Below the pieces are notes generated by a model. The model was not told the DNA's origin. It ran no database searches and worked only from the letters and a program-made list of their open reading frames with translations. Positions 51,811 through 61,933 of a DNA stretch of 64,000 nt are shown here, piece after piece (position 1 is the stretch's first letter; each line of letters starts with the position of its first letter). Position numbers and translations under genes: made by a program. The stretch comes from an uncultured candidate division Zixibacteria bacterium. GTDB taxonomy: Bacteria; Zixibacteria; MSB-5A5; GN15; FEB-12. The stretch spans positions 64,001 through 128,000 of the forward strand of contig CAVTJJ010000004.1 in NCBI GenBank assembly GCA_963735035.1. Reading direction: 5' to 3'.

Positions 51811-51829
51811 ACTGAACTGGATCGACCTC

Positions 51830-51845
51830 AGTTTCACGTGAAACC
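51830..51845. promoter_or_regulatory. parS centromere site
   Basis: AGTTTCACGTGAAACC vs canonical TGTTTCACGTGAAACA. Confidence 0.85.
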
Positions 51846-52103
51846 GGGGCAGGTTGTTCGTATATTAGGTAAATTGGTAGTGTCAGTTCCTGCGATTCGC
51901 CGACGCGAATCGTGTGAACTGACACCAGGAAGTGAACGACTGTCATGCGTCAGGTCACATTCACGTCCGGCCTCCGGCGGACCGCGAACAAGACCCGACG
52001 CAACGGTGAATCACTGAGATTGCCGCGCTACGATGTCTCGGCTGCTGGCGGACCATCTCCGCTCGCAATGACAGTGATCGTGACATAGGTTGATGCATAT
52101 ATA

Positions 52104-53969
52104 ATGTTAGATTTCGATGTCATAGTAGTCGGTGGCGGACATGCCGGCGTGGAAGCAGCCCTGGCAGTTGCCCGCATGCGCAAGCGAGCGGCCATTGTGA
52201 CCATGGATCGCGCCAAATTGGCCCTTATGTCGTGCAATCCGGCCGTGGGCGGAATCGGTAAGTCTCAGTTAGTCAAAGAAGTAGACGCATTGGGCGGTCT
52301 CATGGGACTGGCTACCGACGCCACCGGGATCCAATTTCGCAGACTGAATCTCTCCCGTGGCCCGGCTGTCTGGTCTACTCGGGCACAGGCCGATCGCATT
52401 GCCTACACTCAGTTTGTGGTCGATTATGTAGCTCGGCAGTCTCTGGTCGAGGTCATCGATAGTTTGGCTGATGAGATACTGGTCGAAAATGGACAAACAT
52501 CGGGAGTCAGGCTCGAGTCAGGGGAAGTCATAGGCGCCAAAGCGGTTGTCATTGCGACCGGGACATTCCTCGGCGGACTTATCCACATTGGAGAAACCCA
52601 GATTCCGGCTGGTCGAATCGGAGAACAGGCAGCCTACCGGCTGTCGGACAGTCTGCGGGCGCTCGGCTTCGAGGTCGGACGGCTGAAGACCGGAACGCCG
52701 CCCCGTCTCAATGGCGACACTATAGACTGGTCACAGTGCCAGGTACAGCCGGGGGAGGAGCAACCCCCATTCTTCTCGTTCCGGTCCAACCGACCGCCAT
52801 TTGAGCAGACTCCCTGCCACCTGACTCGGACTACCGAGGCAACCAAACAGATAATCACCGAGAACTCGCACCGTTCTCCGATCTTCTCCGGGCAGATCAG
52901 CTCGACCGGACCCAGGTACTGCCCGTCGATCGAAGATAAGTTCCATCGCTTTGCTGATAAGCCAACCCATCACATATTCCTCGAACCCGAAGGAAACGGC
53001 ACGAACGAAGTCTACCCGAACGGGTTTTCGACCGCCCTCCCCGAGGAAGTCCAGCGGGCGGCTATCAAGACTGTCATTGGCCTCGAACAGGTAGAAGTAA
53101 CCCGGCCAGGTTACGCAGTTGAATACGACTACTGCCCGGCCTACCAGATAGACCGATCTTTCGAGACCCGGCGCGTCAAAGGGCTGTTCTTCGCAGGCCA
53201 GATCAATGGCACGTCGGGGTATGAAGAAGCTGCTGCGCAAGGCATTATGGCCGGGATCAACGCTGTGCTCGGGATCGAAAACCAGCCACCGCTGGTTCTG
53301 AATCGATCCGAAGCTTATATTGGCGTTATGGTTGACGACCTGACCACCCGCTCCACGACTGAGCCTTACCGCATGTTTACCTCGAGGGCCGAATACCGCC
53401 TGGCACTTCGGGAAGATAACGCCCGCGACCGCCTTTGCGACTACGCCCGGCAGTATGGTTTGTTAGACCTGGGCGATCTGGACCGTTTCGACCAGCTCCG
53501 GGAACAGACCGAAATCGAAATCGCCAGGTTCGGACGGACCAGAGTCCAAGTTTCTTCGCTGGGCGAGCTGGGAGCGAAACTCGAGAAACGAGAAAATGTC
53601 TCGCTGGCCGACCTGCTCCGTCAGCCCGGTATCGGACTGGCCGAAATCCTTCCGCTGCTCAGTCAGAACGAGGGCGGTTTCTCTACCAACCGTGAAGTAC
53701 TCGAGCGGGCCGCAATCCGGATCCGTTATCACGGGTACCTGGAGAAGCAGCAGCGGGAAATTGACCGGTTCCGCCGCCAGGAGGAGGAATTGATTCCTGG
53801 CGAGATAGAATATCTGTCGATGGTCGGCCTTCGTCGCGAAGCCCAGGAGAAGTTAGCCCGGTTCCGACCGGAATCGCTCGGGCAGGCGGGCCGTATCGAA
53901 GGAATCACCATGGGTGATCTGGCGGTTCTGGCAGTGAACGTCAAAAGACTGAGGTCGGCTATCCAATGA
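52104..53969 (+). CDS. mnmG: tRNA uridine 5-carboxymethylaminomethyl modification enzyme
   Basis: GGGHAG.EAA, MSCNPAVGG, RLKTGTPPRL, GPRYCPSIEDK, AGQINGTSGYEEAAAQG. Confidence 0.98.
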   Translation: MLDFDVIVVGGGHAGVEAALAVARMRKRAAIVTMDRAKLALMSCNPAVGGIGKSQLVKEVDALGGLMGLATDATGIQFRRLNLSRGPAVWSTRAQADRIAYTQFVVDYVARQSLVEVIDSLADEILVENGQTSGVRLESGEVIGAKAVVIATGTFLGGLIHIGETQIPAGRIGEQAAYRLSDSLRALGFEVGRLKTGTPPRLNGDTIDWSQCQVQPGEEQPPFFSFRSNRPPFEQTPCHLTRTTEATKQIITENSHRSPIFSGQISSTGPRYCPSIEDKFHRFADKPTHHIFLEPEGNGTNEVYPNGFSTALPEEVQRAAIKTVIGLEQVEVTRPGYAVEYDYCPAYQIDRSFETRRVKGLFFAGQINGTSGYEEAAAQGIMAGINAVLGIENQPPLVLNRSEAYIGVMVDDLTTRSTTEPYRMFTSRAEYRLALREDNARDRLCDYARQYGLLDLGDLDRFDQLREQTEIEIARFGRTRVQVSSLGELGAKLEKRENVSLADLLRQPGIGLAEILPLLSQNEGGFSTNREVLERAAIRIRYHGYLEKQQREIDRFRRQEEELIPGEIEYLSMVGLRREAQEKLARFRPESLGQAGRIEGITMGDLAVLAVNVKRLRSAIQ

Positions 53970-54573
53970 AGAATCAGAGGCAGGACCTGGGAGTCATAAA
54001 CGTGGCGGAGATTCTGGAACGGTACCTGGATCGACAAGAGCTGGACAAGTACTTCTCCGTCCTGATGGAGCACAACAGCCGGGTCAACCTTGTTTCACGT
54101 GAAACTTCCCGTGACAAATTCGACCGCCTGGTAGCCGAATCACTCCTGCCCTTGGATCAGTTGGTGCTCCCGGTCGATGGGTATCTTGACATTGGCTCAG
54201 GGGGCGGGTTCCCGTCACTCTCGATCCTGCTCAGCGGGCTCATCTCCGAGGGTGGAGTAATGGTCGAACGCACCGGGAAGAAAGCACAAGCCCTCAGATC
54301 AATGCTCACTGAGCTCGGTCTCAAAGGCCCGAGTGGTCCCCCAGAATCTCGAGGAAGTCAAAGATCTTCCCCAGGTGCGACTTGTTACTCTCCGCCTTGT
54401 GAAGCTCGATATACCTCTCCTTACCGAATCCGCGGTTTGCTCCGGCCGACGGCAGTGCTAGTCTATTACAGCCGTCCAGAGTTCCCGATGCCACGGTTCC
54501 AGCTCCTCAGACTTTCATTTATCGTTCCCTGCAACACAAAGAGCCCAAGAGCTTTACTATTTTCAAAAAGTAA
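53966..54573 (+). CDS. rsmG: 16S rRNA m7G527 methyltransferase with multiple frameshifts
   Basis: NLVS, LDIGSGGGFP, position between mnmG and parA; the C-terminal half is split over frames. Confidence 0.8.
54091..54106. promoter_or_regulatory. parS site inside rsmG
   Basis: TGTTTCACGTGAAACT (encodes VSRET). Confidence 0.88.
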
Positions 54574-54653
54574 ATCTTACGTAAGTCGATTTTTCCCTTG
54601 CGTATATCCGCCTGTCGGGGTACAATCTGCACAGGACTTTCCATGACAAGGAG

Positions 54654-55418
54654 TTGTCTGTGAATAAGATTATCGCTATTGCCAATCAAAAGGGTGGAGT
54701 AGGCAAGACCACCACCGCAGTTAATTTGAGTTCTTGCCTTGCTGCCGCGGAACAGAAAACGTTATTGATAGACATGGATCCGCAAGCGAACTCCACCAGT
54801 GGTGTCGGCTATGCGCGTCATGACGACGACACCACGATCTACGATGCGCTCATCGGGAACGCGCCGATCGCCAACGCCATTCGTCCGACGCAACTGCCGT
54901 ATCTTCATCTGGTGCCGTCGGCGATTTCGCTGGTCGGCGCCGAAGTGGATCTGGTGGGGATGATGTCGCGCGAGACGCGCCTGCGTCAGACGCTCGCGCC
55001 GATCCTCGATGAATACAAGTACATCATCGTCGACTGCCCGCCGTCGCTCGGTCTCCTCACTATCAACACGCTGACCGCTGCAGACTCCGTCATCATCCCG
55101 ATGCAGTGTGAATACTACGCTCTCGAAGGCTTGAGCCAGCTCATGAATACGATCAAGCTGGTGCGGCAGTTTCTCAATCCGCAATTGAAGATCGAAGGCG
55201 TGTTGCTGACGATGTACGACGGACGGTTGAATTTGTCGAAGCAGGTTTCGGCGGAAGTGCGTGGTCATCTGAATGAGCGGGTGTATGACACGGTCATCTC
55301 ACGCAACGTGCGTCTCTCCGAAGCGCCGTCGTTCGGCAAGCCGATCATCCTGTATGACATCCTGTCGACCGGTGCGGAGAACTATCTGGCCTTTACGAAG
55401 GAAGTGATGGCGTCATGA
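54654..55418 (+). CDS. parA: Chromosome partitioning ATPase ParA/Soj
   Basis: [29 protein letters not shown]. Confidence 0.97.
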   Translation: MSVNKIIAIANQKGGVGKTTTAVNLSSCLAAAEQKTLLIDMDPQANSTSGVGYARHDDDTTIYDALIGNAPIANAIRPTQLPYLHLVPSAISLVGAEVDLVGMMSRETRLRQTLAPILDEYKYIIVDCPPSLGLLTINTLTAADSVIIPMQCEYYALEGLSQLMNTIKLVRQFLNPQLKIEGVLLTMYDGRLNLSKQVSAEVRGHLNERVYDTVISRNVRLSEAPSFGKPIILYDILSTGAENYLAFTKEVMAS

Positions 55419-56266
55419 GCAAGACGGTTTTGGGCAAGGGGCTGAGCGCGCTCATTCCGGGCGAACAGGATTCATCGGTCGATGAAGTCCATTATCGTGT
55501 CATCCCGCTCGATCGGATCGCGCCCAATCCGATGCAGCCACGGCAGCGTTTCGACGAAGTCGCTTTGGCCGAGCTGACCGAATCGGTGCGGCAGAACGGA
55601 CTCGTGCAGCCGCTAGTCGTGCGCAAGGACGGCACCGGTTTCACGCTGGTCGCGGGCGAACGTCGCTATCGCGCTTCGCGCATGGCGGGCCTGGAAAAAG
55701 TTCCGGCCGTCATCATGGATGAGCTTAACGATATTCGCATGCTCGAGCTCGCCCTGGTCGAAAATGTCCAGCGTCAGGATCTCAATCCGCTCGAACTCGC
55801 CGAGGCTTATCGACGGCTCATCGATCAGTGCGGTCTGACCCAGGCGCAGTTGGCGCAGCGCGTTGGTCGCAGTCGTGTCGCGGTTGCCAATCACCTGCGT
55901 CTGTTGGGTCTGCCCGATTCGATCAAGCGGCTCATTGCCGAAGGTCGGCTCACGGAAGGCCACGCCCGTGCTCTGCTCGCGCTCGACAACGAAAGCCGCA
56001 TGCTCGAGATGGCGGAGCGAATCGTCACTAACTCGCTGACCGTGCGCGATGTCGAGCAGGCCGCCCCTGAAAAGAAGAAGCGCCGTCGCCTCGAAGTTAA
56101 GCGGCTCAGCCCGGCACTGGCCGATATCGAGGGGGATATCAAGCGGCGGCTGCAAACGTCGGTCAAGATCGTTCCCGGCCTGAAACGGGGTCGGATCGAA
56201 ATAGAGTACTACGGCGAAGAAGACTTGAGTCGTCTCTGGCAACTTTTCCGTAAAATAGATGGATAG
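55415..56266 (+). CDS. parB: Chromosome partitioning protein ParB/Spo0J
   Basis: [40 protein letters not shown]. Confidence 0.97.
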   Translation: MSKTVLGKGLSALIPGEQDSSVDEVHYRVIPLDRIAPNPMQPRQRFDEVALAELTESVRQNGLVQPLVVRKDGTGFTLVAGERRYRASRMAGLEKVPAVIMDELNDIRMLELALVENVQRQDLNPLELAEAYRRLIDQCGLTQAQLAQRVGRSRVAVANHLRLLGLPDSIKRLIAEGRLTEGHARALLALDNESRMLEMAERIVTNSLTVRDVEQAAPEKKKRRRLEVKRLSPALADIEGDIKRRLQTSVKIVPGLKRGRIEIEYYGEEDLSRLWQLFRKIDG

Positions 56267-56268
56267 CC

Positions 56269-57054
56269 ATGGCCGCCCCGAAGTACGTGACCATCATGTT
56301 GGTGCCCGACGGGACCGCACCCCGTTCCGGTTGGCGTGTGCCCCAGTGGGTGTTCAGAGCGATTCTGATCGGTCTGGGCGTGTTGTTGGTAGGCATCATT
56401 TTGTTTTTCATCTACTACGGCACGATGGTATCCCGTGCGGCGATGACCGAACAGGTCCGCAAAGAAAATGAAGACTTGAAGCGTTACTACTACAAGGTAC
56501 AGTTGCTGGAACAGAATCTACATCAGGCGCGCGAAGTCGTCACTCGTATGGCGCACATGGCCGGTATGCAGGACTTTCAATTGCCGGAACTTCCCGATGA
56601 TTCCTCGCTCTTCAGCCAACTGACTCCTTCGGGCGCCACGCCTACAAACAAATCCAACGCTCCGAACTGGAGTCTGCCAGTAGGCTTGCCGGTGCAGGGC
56701 TACATCACGCAGCGTTTCGATGCCCGCAACGCGAGCACCTACCATCCCGGGGTCGACATCGCCTGCCCGGTCGGCACTCCGGTACTCGCGACCGGATCCG
56801 GAATTGTAGAATACGTGGCGTTTGATTCTACTTACGGCAACATGGTGGTCCTGCGTCATAACGACAGCGTGACCACTATCTATGGCCATAACGATAAGAA
56901 CCTGGTGCAAGAAGGTCAGCCCGTGCGAGTAGGCACCCGCATTGCCGATTCCGGCAACAGCGGTCGCTCGACGGCTCCCCATGTGCACTATGAACTGAGA
57001 ATAAACGGCGAACCAATAGATCCGCTGGAAAACCCGTATGATCAAGAAAACTAA
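56269..57054 (+). CDS. M23-family metallopeptidase (TM, coiled coil)
   Basis: HPGVD, YGN, YGH, STAPHVHYE. Confidence 0.93.
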   Translation: MAAPKYVTIMLVPDGTAPRSGWRVPQWVFRAILIGLGVLLVGIILFFIYYGTMVSRAAMTEQVRKENEDLKRYYYKVQLLEQNLHQAREVVTRMAHMAGMQDFQLPELPDDSSLFSQLTPSGATPTNKSNAPNWSLPVGLPVQGYITQRFDARNASTYHPGVDIACPVGTPVLATGSGIVEYVAFDSTYGNMVVLRHNDSVTTIYGHNDKNLVQEGQPVRVGTRIADSGNSGRSTAPHVHYELRINGEPIDPLENPYDQEN

Positions 57055-57466
57055 TACCAACGAGGCGAACGGACTAATGAATACCATTATCGGGAAGGAC
57101 ACGGTCATCACCGGCACGCTCGATGTCAAAGGAGCGCTGCGAATTGACGGTGAAGTGAAGGGCAAGGTCCTCTGTTCGGACTGCGTCACGGTCGGTGCGA
57201 CCGGTCACATCGAAGCCGACATCGAAGCTCAGACGGCGATCATCGCCGGTCATGTGGACGGCAATGTCGTCTGCAGCGACAAAATCGAGCTGCAAGCGAA
57301 GTGCGAGATGGACGGTGATCTCAAGACGAGATCGCTGGTTATCGAGCAGGGAGCCGTTTTCTGCGGCGCTTGCAACATGAAAGGCGGCTTGCCCGACCTT
57401 GGTTTTCTGGCTCCGGAACGCGATTCCGAGCGAGTCCAGGTCACCGGCGACGAGGAAGAGCGCTAA
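57038..57466 (+). CDS. Bactofilin (polymer-forming cytoskeletal protein)
   Basis: TIIG...ITG.L...LRIDGEVKG...IEQGAVFCG.C.M. Confidence 0.93.
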   Translation: MIKKTNTNEANGLMNTIIGKDTVITGTLDVKGALRIDGEVKGKVLCSDCVTVGATGHIEADIEAQTAIIAGHVDGNVVCSDKIELQAKCEMDGDLKTRSLVIEQGAVFCGACNMKGGLPDLGFLAPERDSERVQVTGDEEER

Positions 57467-57702
57467 TCCACAGTTCGGTCCGTTATGTGGAAAACCGCCC
57501 CAAATTGTGGATAGCGCCGTAACGCGTTGTTATTGATGCTGTTACGTTAACTATTCGACCGCTATAGTGAGTTGCTTATCCACAATAACGTCGCCAACTT
57601 AAGCTGATTATTCATTTTGGGTTAGGTGCAGCTTATAAAGTTCCGGATTAGGGTTTAGCCGTTTAAGTGATTGCTGCACCGCACGTTACGTGGATATCCA
57701 CA
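57464..57702. other. Candidate replication origin (oriC): DnaA-box cluster with AT-rich stretch
   Basis: TAATCCACA 57464, TGTGGAAAA 57486, TGTGGATAG 57506, TTATCCACA 57576 (perfect), ATATCCACA 57694. Confidence 0.75.
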
Positions 57703-57900
57703 ACATTGCCTCCACCGGGTCAGAATCCGCTCCCAAAGTCCTGGCGATCAGGCGTTCTTCTTCGAAGCGTCCCGTCGTGGCCGGGGAATCAAAAACTCTT
57801 GGGACGACTTCCTTGGCGACGTAACTTGTGTTCCATTACTGAGTATAAAGGTCTTGAAACTAAATAAGATACGACCTCGAACCGCTAACCGGAGGTAGAC

Positions 57901-58908
57901 ATGACGCCCTCAGAGGCCGGCTCAGACATCCAGGCAGTACAAAACCTCAACGCCGCGTGCGGGAAAATCAAAGCCGAAATCGGCAAAGTTATCGTGGGGC
58001 AGGACAAAGTTATCGAGCAATTGCTCGTATCCCTTCTGTCTTCGGGCCACTGCTTGCTCGTGGGCGTTCCCGGTCTGGCCAAGACGCTGATGATTTCCAC
58101 CCTCGCCCGCGTGTTGAACCTGAAATTCAATCGCATCCAGTTCACACCCGACCTGATGCCGTCTGACATCACCGGCACCGAGATTATCGAAGAAGATCGC
58201 ACAGCCGGTAAACGGGCTTTCCGGTTCGTAAAGGGTCCCGTGTTCGCCAATATCATCCTGGCCGACGAAATCAATCGCACGCCTCCGAAAACTCAAGCGG
58301 CGTTGCTTCAGGCGATGCAGGAACACGAAGTTACCGCGGCGGGTGAAACTTACAAACTCGAAGAACCGTTCTTCGTGCTCGCCACCCAGAACCCGATCGA
58401 ACAGGAAGGTACTTATCCGCTCCCCGAGGCGCAGCTCGACCGGTTCATGTTCAACGTCATCGTTGACTATCCTTCCAGCGGAGAAGAAGAGATGATCGTC
58501 AAGACGACCACCACGCTTGCCGCGCACGAGCTCCACCAGATTCTTTCAGCCGACGATATCGTTGCATTCCAGAGACTGGTGCGTCGCGTTCCGGTGTCGG
58601 ATCATCTCGTGCACTACGCCGTTCAACTTGTCCGCGCGACCCGACCACACGAAGACGGCGCGCCGGAATTCATCAAGAAATGGGTCAACTGGGGCGCGGG
58701 CCCGAGAGCCTCGCAGTATCTCATCCTGGCCGCGAAGACACGCGCTATCCTCGATGGTCGCCCAACGCCTGGCCCCGAAGATGTCCGCTTCGCCGCCTTC
58801 CCTGTCTTGCGGCATCGCATTGTGACATCGTTCAATGCCGAGGCCGATGGGGTCGACTCATTGGAAATCATCCGTCGGGTGCTGGAGACGGTGAAAGAGA
58901 AAGAGTGA
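57901..58908 (+). CDS. moxR: MoxR-family AAA+ ATPase
   Basis: GVPGLAKT, RIQFTPDLMPSDITG, DEINRTPPKTQAALL, ATQNPIEQEGTYPLPEAQLDRF. Confidence 0.96.
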   Translation: MTPSEAGSDIQAVQNLNAACGKIKAEIGKVIVGQDKVIEQLLVSLLSSGHCLLVGVPGLAKTLMISTLARVLNLKFNRIQFTPDLMPSDITGTEIIEEDRTAGKRAFRFVKGPVFANIILADEINRTPPKTQAALLQAMQEHEVTAAGETYKLEEPFFVLATQNPIEQEGTYPLPEAQLDRFMFNVIVDYPSSGEEEMIVKTTTTLAAHELHQILSADDIVAFQRLVRRVPVSDHLVHYAVQLVRATRPHEDGAPEFIKKWVNWGAGPRASQYLILAAKTRAILDGRPTPGPEDVRFAAFPVLRHRIVTSFNAEADGVDSLEIIRRVLETVKEKE

Positions 58909-60161
58909 GCTCGCACCACCGCATATTTTTCGGTGACGCCCGCCGCATGGCGCGGGTGGATGATCAAAGCGTCCACCTGGTTGTAACATCGCCGCCTTAT
59001 TGGCAACTGAAAGATTACGGTGCGGCGGGGCAGATCGGGTTCGACGATTCCTACGAAGACTACATCAACAATCTGAATCTGGTGTGGAAAGAATGTCATC
59101 GGGTGCTCCACGACGGTTGCCGTCTGTGTGTGAACATCGGTGATCAGTTTGCGCGCTCGGTTTACTACGGACGCTACAAAGTTATCCCGATACGCACTGA
59201 GATTACCCGGTTCTGCGAGACGATCGGTTTCGATTTCATGGGCTCGATCATCTGGCAGAAGGTCACGACCTGCAACACAACCGGTGGCGCGACCATCATG
59301 GGATCGTTTCCGTATCCACGCAACGGTATCGTGAAGATCGATTATGAGTTTATCCTCCTGTTCAAGAAGCAGGGGAAACCGCCCAAGATCGATCCTGCCG
59401 TCAAGAAACTGTCGAAGCTCACGACCGAAGAGTGGAATCTGTATTTCAACGGCCACTGGAATTTCCCCGGCGAGCGCCAGAACGGCCACATAGCAATGTT
59501 TCCCGTCGAACTACCGCATCGCCTCATACGCATGTTCACATTCGCCGGCGAGACGGTGCTAGATCCGTTTCTCGGCAGTGGCACGACATCGCTGGCAGCA
59601 ATACAGACCGGGCGGAACTCAGTCGGGTATGAGATCAACCGGGAGTTTGAATCGAACATTCGTGAGAAGATCGACGACGTTGGAGCAGTGTTTCTTGATG
59701 ATAACGCGCGTCCTTCGCCGGCTGACTATGCCGAGCTACCGTACCTGTTCAAAGATCCGTTGATGCTTGACAGGAAGACTGATCCGCGCAAACTCAAGTA
59801 TGGCTCGGTCATTAGCGCGGAAGATACGATAGATTCTGGACGCGGTCGACACCGGGTACAGGAAGTGCTCGGGGGAGATCGAGTGCGGCTGGATGACGGC
59901 ATGGTGGTTCGCCTGCTCGGAGTGACGCCCATGCAGGGTCGAGAGATTGAGGCCGAACAGTTCTTACAAGCTCGCGTGAAAGGCAAAGAGATTACGCTCA
60001 AGTTCGATATGGTGCGGCGCGACGAGGCCAACAACGTGCTCGCTTATCTCTACTTGAAGAACCGCACGTTTGTCAACGCCCATCTGGTCAAACAGGGTCT
60101 CGCGACAGTGGATCAGACTTATCAGTTAACTAATCGCACCTTGCTCAGTTTCTGCGGATAG
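58905..60161 (+). CDS. Beta-class N4C/N6A DNA methyltransferase fused to a C-terminal SNase-like domain
   Basis: TSPPY before DPFLGSGTT; tail VRLLGV...LAYLYL...FVNAHLVKQGLA; GTG overlaps the moxR stop. Confidence 0.88.
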   Translation: MSSHHRIFFGDARRMARVDDQSVHLVVTSPPYWQLKDYGAAGQIGFDDSYEDYINNLNLVWKECHRVLHDGCRLCVNIGDQFARSVYYGRYKVIPIRTEITRFCETIGFDFMGSIIWQKVTTCNTTGGATIMGSFPYPRNGIVKIDYEFILLFKKQGKPPKIDPAVKKLSKLTTEEWNLYFNGHWNFPGERQNGHIAMFPVELPHRLIRMFTFAGETVLDPFLGSGTTSLAAIQTGRNSVGYEINREFESNIREKIDDVGAVFLDDNARPSPADYAELPYLFKDPLMLDRKTDPRKLKYGSVISAEDTIDSGRGRHRVQEVLGGDRVRLDDGMVVRLLGVTPMQGREIEAEQFLQARVKGKEITLKFDMVRRDEANNVLAYLYLKNRTFVNAHLVKQGLATVDQTYQLTNRTLLSFCG

Positions 60162-60173
60162 GAGTCACCCGGT

Positions 60174-60818
60174 ATGAACGAACTCAGACCGCTTTCGTCA
60201 TTCCCGTCGACCGCCAAGTTGTTCGTGGGGCTGTTCACGACCCTGGTTATGCTGATGTCCTTCTGGGGGGTCTGGGATGCTACGACTGACAGCGAGTTAC
60301 CTGATGAAAACGGCGCTATCTCAGACCTTCGCCCCGCTGACGAGATCGATGCCATTGCGTCTGACAGCGAAACGGCTCTCGCACCGATCTGGGACACCAA
60401 CCATGCGGGTGAGCCGGCCCCCCTCAATTCGTCACGGATCGATTCGATGCAATCGGTGGCTGATTTGACGGAGGGTTATGACGGTGTCGGCGACAACGAA
60501 TACGATGGTGCGGTGGAGAATCGCCTTAGCCACAATATTCGAGTAGCACAATTACATGTGAGCGGGCGGATGATCTTGTTCTTCGCGCTTGGCGCGATCT
60601 TTCTGTTTACGTCGGTCAAACCGCTTATCAAGAAGATCGCATTTTGGCTGTTCGCGGTGAGCGTGGTCGGTTGTGGCACTGGACTGGTGGGGATGGGTCA
60701 CCATCGGCTGTTTTATGATGTGCTGGTGGTGAGCGACCTACTCATGCTGGCGATCGTTTGCTATATGTGCGCGACGATATATGTCGACCTAAGACACTCC
60801 CCACAGAAGGAGCAATAG
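60174..60818 (+). CDS. Hypothetical membrane protein
   Basis: N-terminal TM, acidic loop, three C-terminal TMs; RBS GGAG. Confidence 0.7.
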   Translation: MNELRPLSSFPSTAKLFVGLFTTLVMLMSFWGVWDATTDSELPDENGAISDLRPADEIDAIASDSETALAPIWDTNHAGEPAPLNSSRIDSMQSVADLTEGYDGVGDNEYDGAVENRLSHNIRVAQLHVSGRMILFFALGAIFLFTSVKPLIKKIAFWLFAVSVVGCGTGLVGMGHHRLFYDVLVVSDLLMLAIVCYMCATIYVDLRHSPQKEQ

Positions 60819-60824
60819 GCAACG

Positions 60825-61781
60825 ATGAGCAACTTCGCCATAGCCATACACGGGGGTGCCGGGACCATTCTTCGCACTGAACTGGCACCTGAGAAAGAGC
60901 AGGCTTTTCGCGACGGTCTCACTGACTCGCTGCGCGCTGGCTATGCGGTTCTTCGTGAAGGTGGCCGCGCGCTCGACGCGGTCCAGGCGGCGGTGGTCAG
61001 TATGGAAGAGAATCCGCTGTTCAACGCCGGCAAGGGGGCAGTGTTCACGCACGACGGCCTCAACGAGCAGGACGCCTGCATCATGGACGGTGCAACTCGC
61101 AATGTGGGCGCGGTCGCGGGCGTGCGACGGATCAAGAACCCGATTCTGCTCGCTAGATTGGTGTTCGAGAAGAGCGAGCATGTCCTGTTCTGCGGCGAAG
61201 GGGCCGAGAAGTTCGCCGTGGCCAACGGCATGACGCTGGTGGACGATCCCAAGTATTTTTGGACCGAGTTCCGTTGGAAACAACTACAAGCGGCGCTCGA
61301 ACGCGAGAAGCGTGAATCCAAAGCACACTCACGATTGGATCACTCGGATGATCGCGAGAAGACCGAGAAAACAGGCACCGTGGGCGCGGTGGCGCTCGAC
61401 CAGCATGGACACTTGGCGGCGGCGACTTCGACCGGCGGCATGACTAACAAACGCGACGGTCGTATCGGCGACACGCCGATCATTGGCGCAGGCACTTACG
61501 CCGACAATCGCACCTGCGCAGTCTCGGCAACGGGAGTCGGCGAGTACATCATGCGTAACGTGCTGGCGTATGACATCGCAGCGCTCATGGAGTACAAAGG
61601 GATGTCGTTGGTTGACGCCGCTGACCTCGCCGTAATGAACAAATTGACCGCACTCGGCGGTTTCGGCGGCGTGGTGGCGATTGATGGTGAAGGACACATC
61701 GCGATGCCGTTTAACAGCGAGGGCATGTACCGCGGCTCCATGCTCGCCGACGGCAAGATAGACACGGCGATATTTAAGTAA
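60825..61781 (+). CDS. iaaA: Isoaspartyl peptidase/L-asparaginase
   Basis: IAIHGGAG, FNAGKG, GTVGAVA, ATSTGG, GRIGDTP, SATG.GE. Confidence 0.95.
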   Translation: MSNFAIAIHGGAGTILRTELAPEKEQAFRDGLTDSLRAGYAVLREGGRALDAVQAAVVSMEENPLFNAGKGAVFTHDGLNEQDACIMDGATRNVGAVAGVRRIKNPILLARLVFEKSEHVLFCGEGAEKFAVANGMTLVDDPKYFWTEFRWKQLQAALEREKRESKAHSRLDHSDDREKTEKTGTVGAVALDQHGHLAAATSTGGMTNKRDGRIGDTPIIGAGTYADNRTCAVSATGVGEYIMRNVLAYDIAALMEYKGMSLVDAADLAVMNKLTALGGFGGVVAIDGEGHIAMPFNSEGMYRGSMLADGKIDTAIFK

Positions 61782-61933
61782 TGATACTTGCGTCGCTTCA
61801 TGATGATCGGCAGGGTTCCATCCCTGTCGCAGAAAGCACGGCAGGCACAGAGGCCTGCCGATCATATGGTGGAAGCACGGCAGGCACAGAGGCCTGCCTA
61901 TCATAACGTGACGATTCGTTTGCAATAGCAATT

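Noticed and set aside
58680..58904. N-terminal extension of the methylase ORF
   Set aside because: It overlaps moxR in another frame; the GTG at 58905 is the plausible coupled start.
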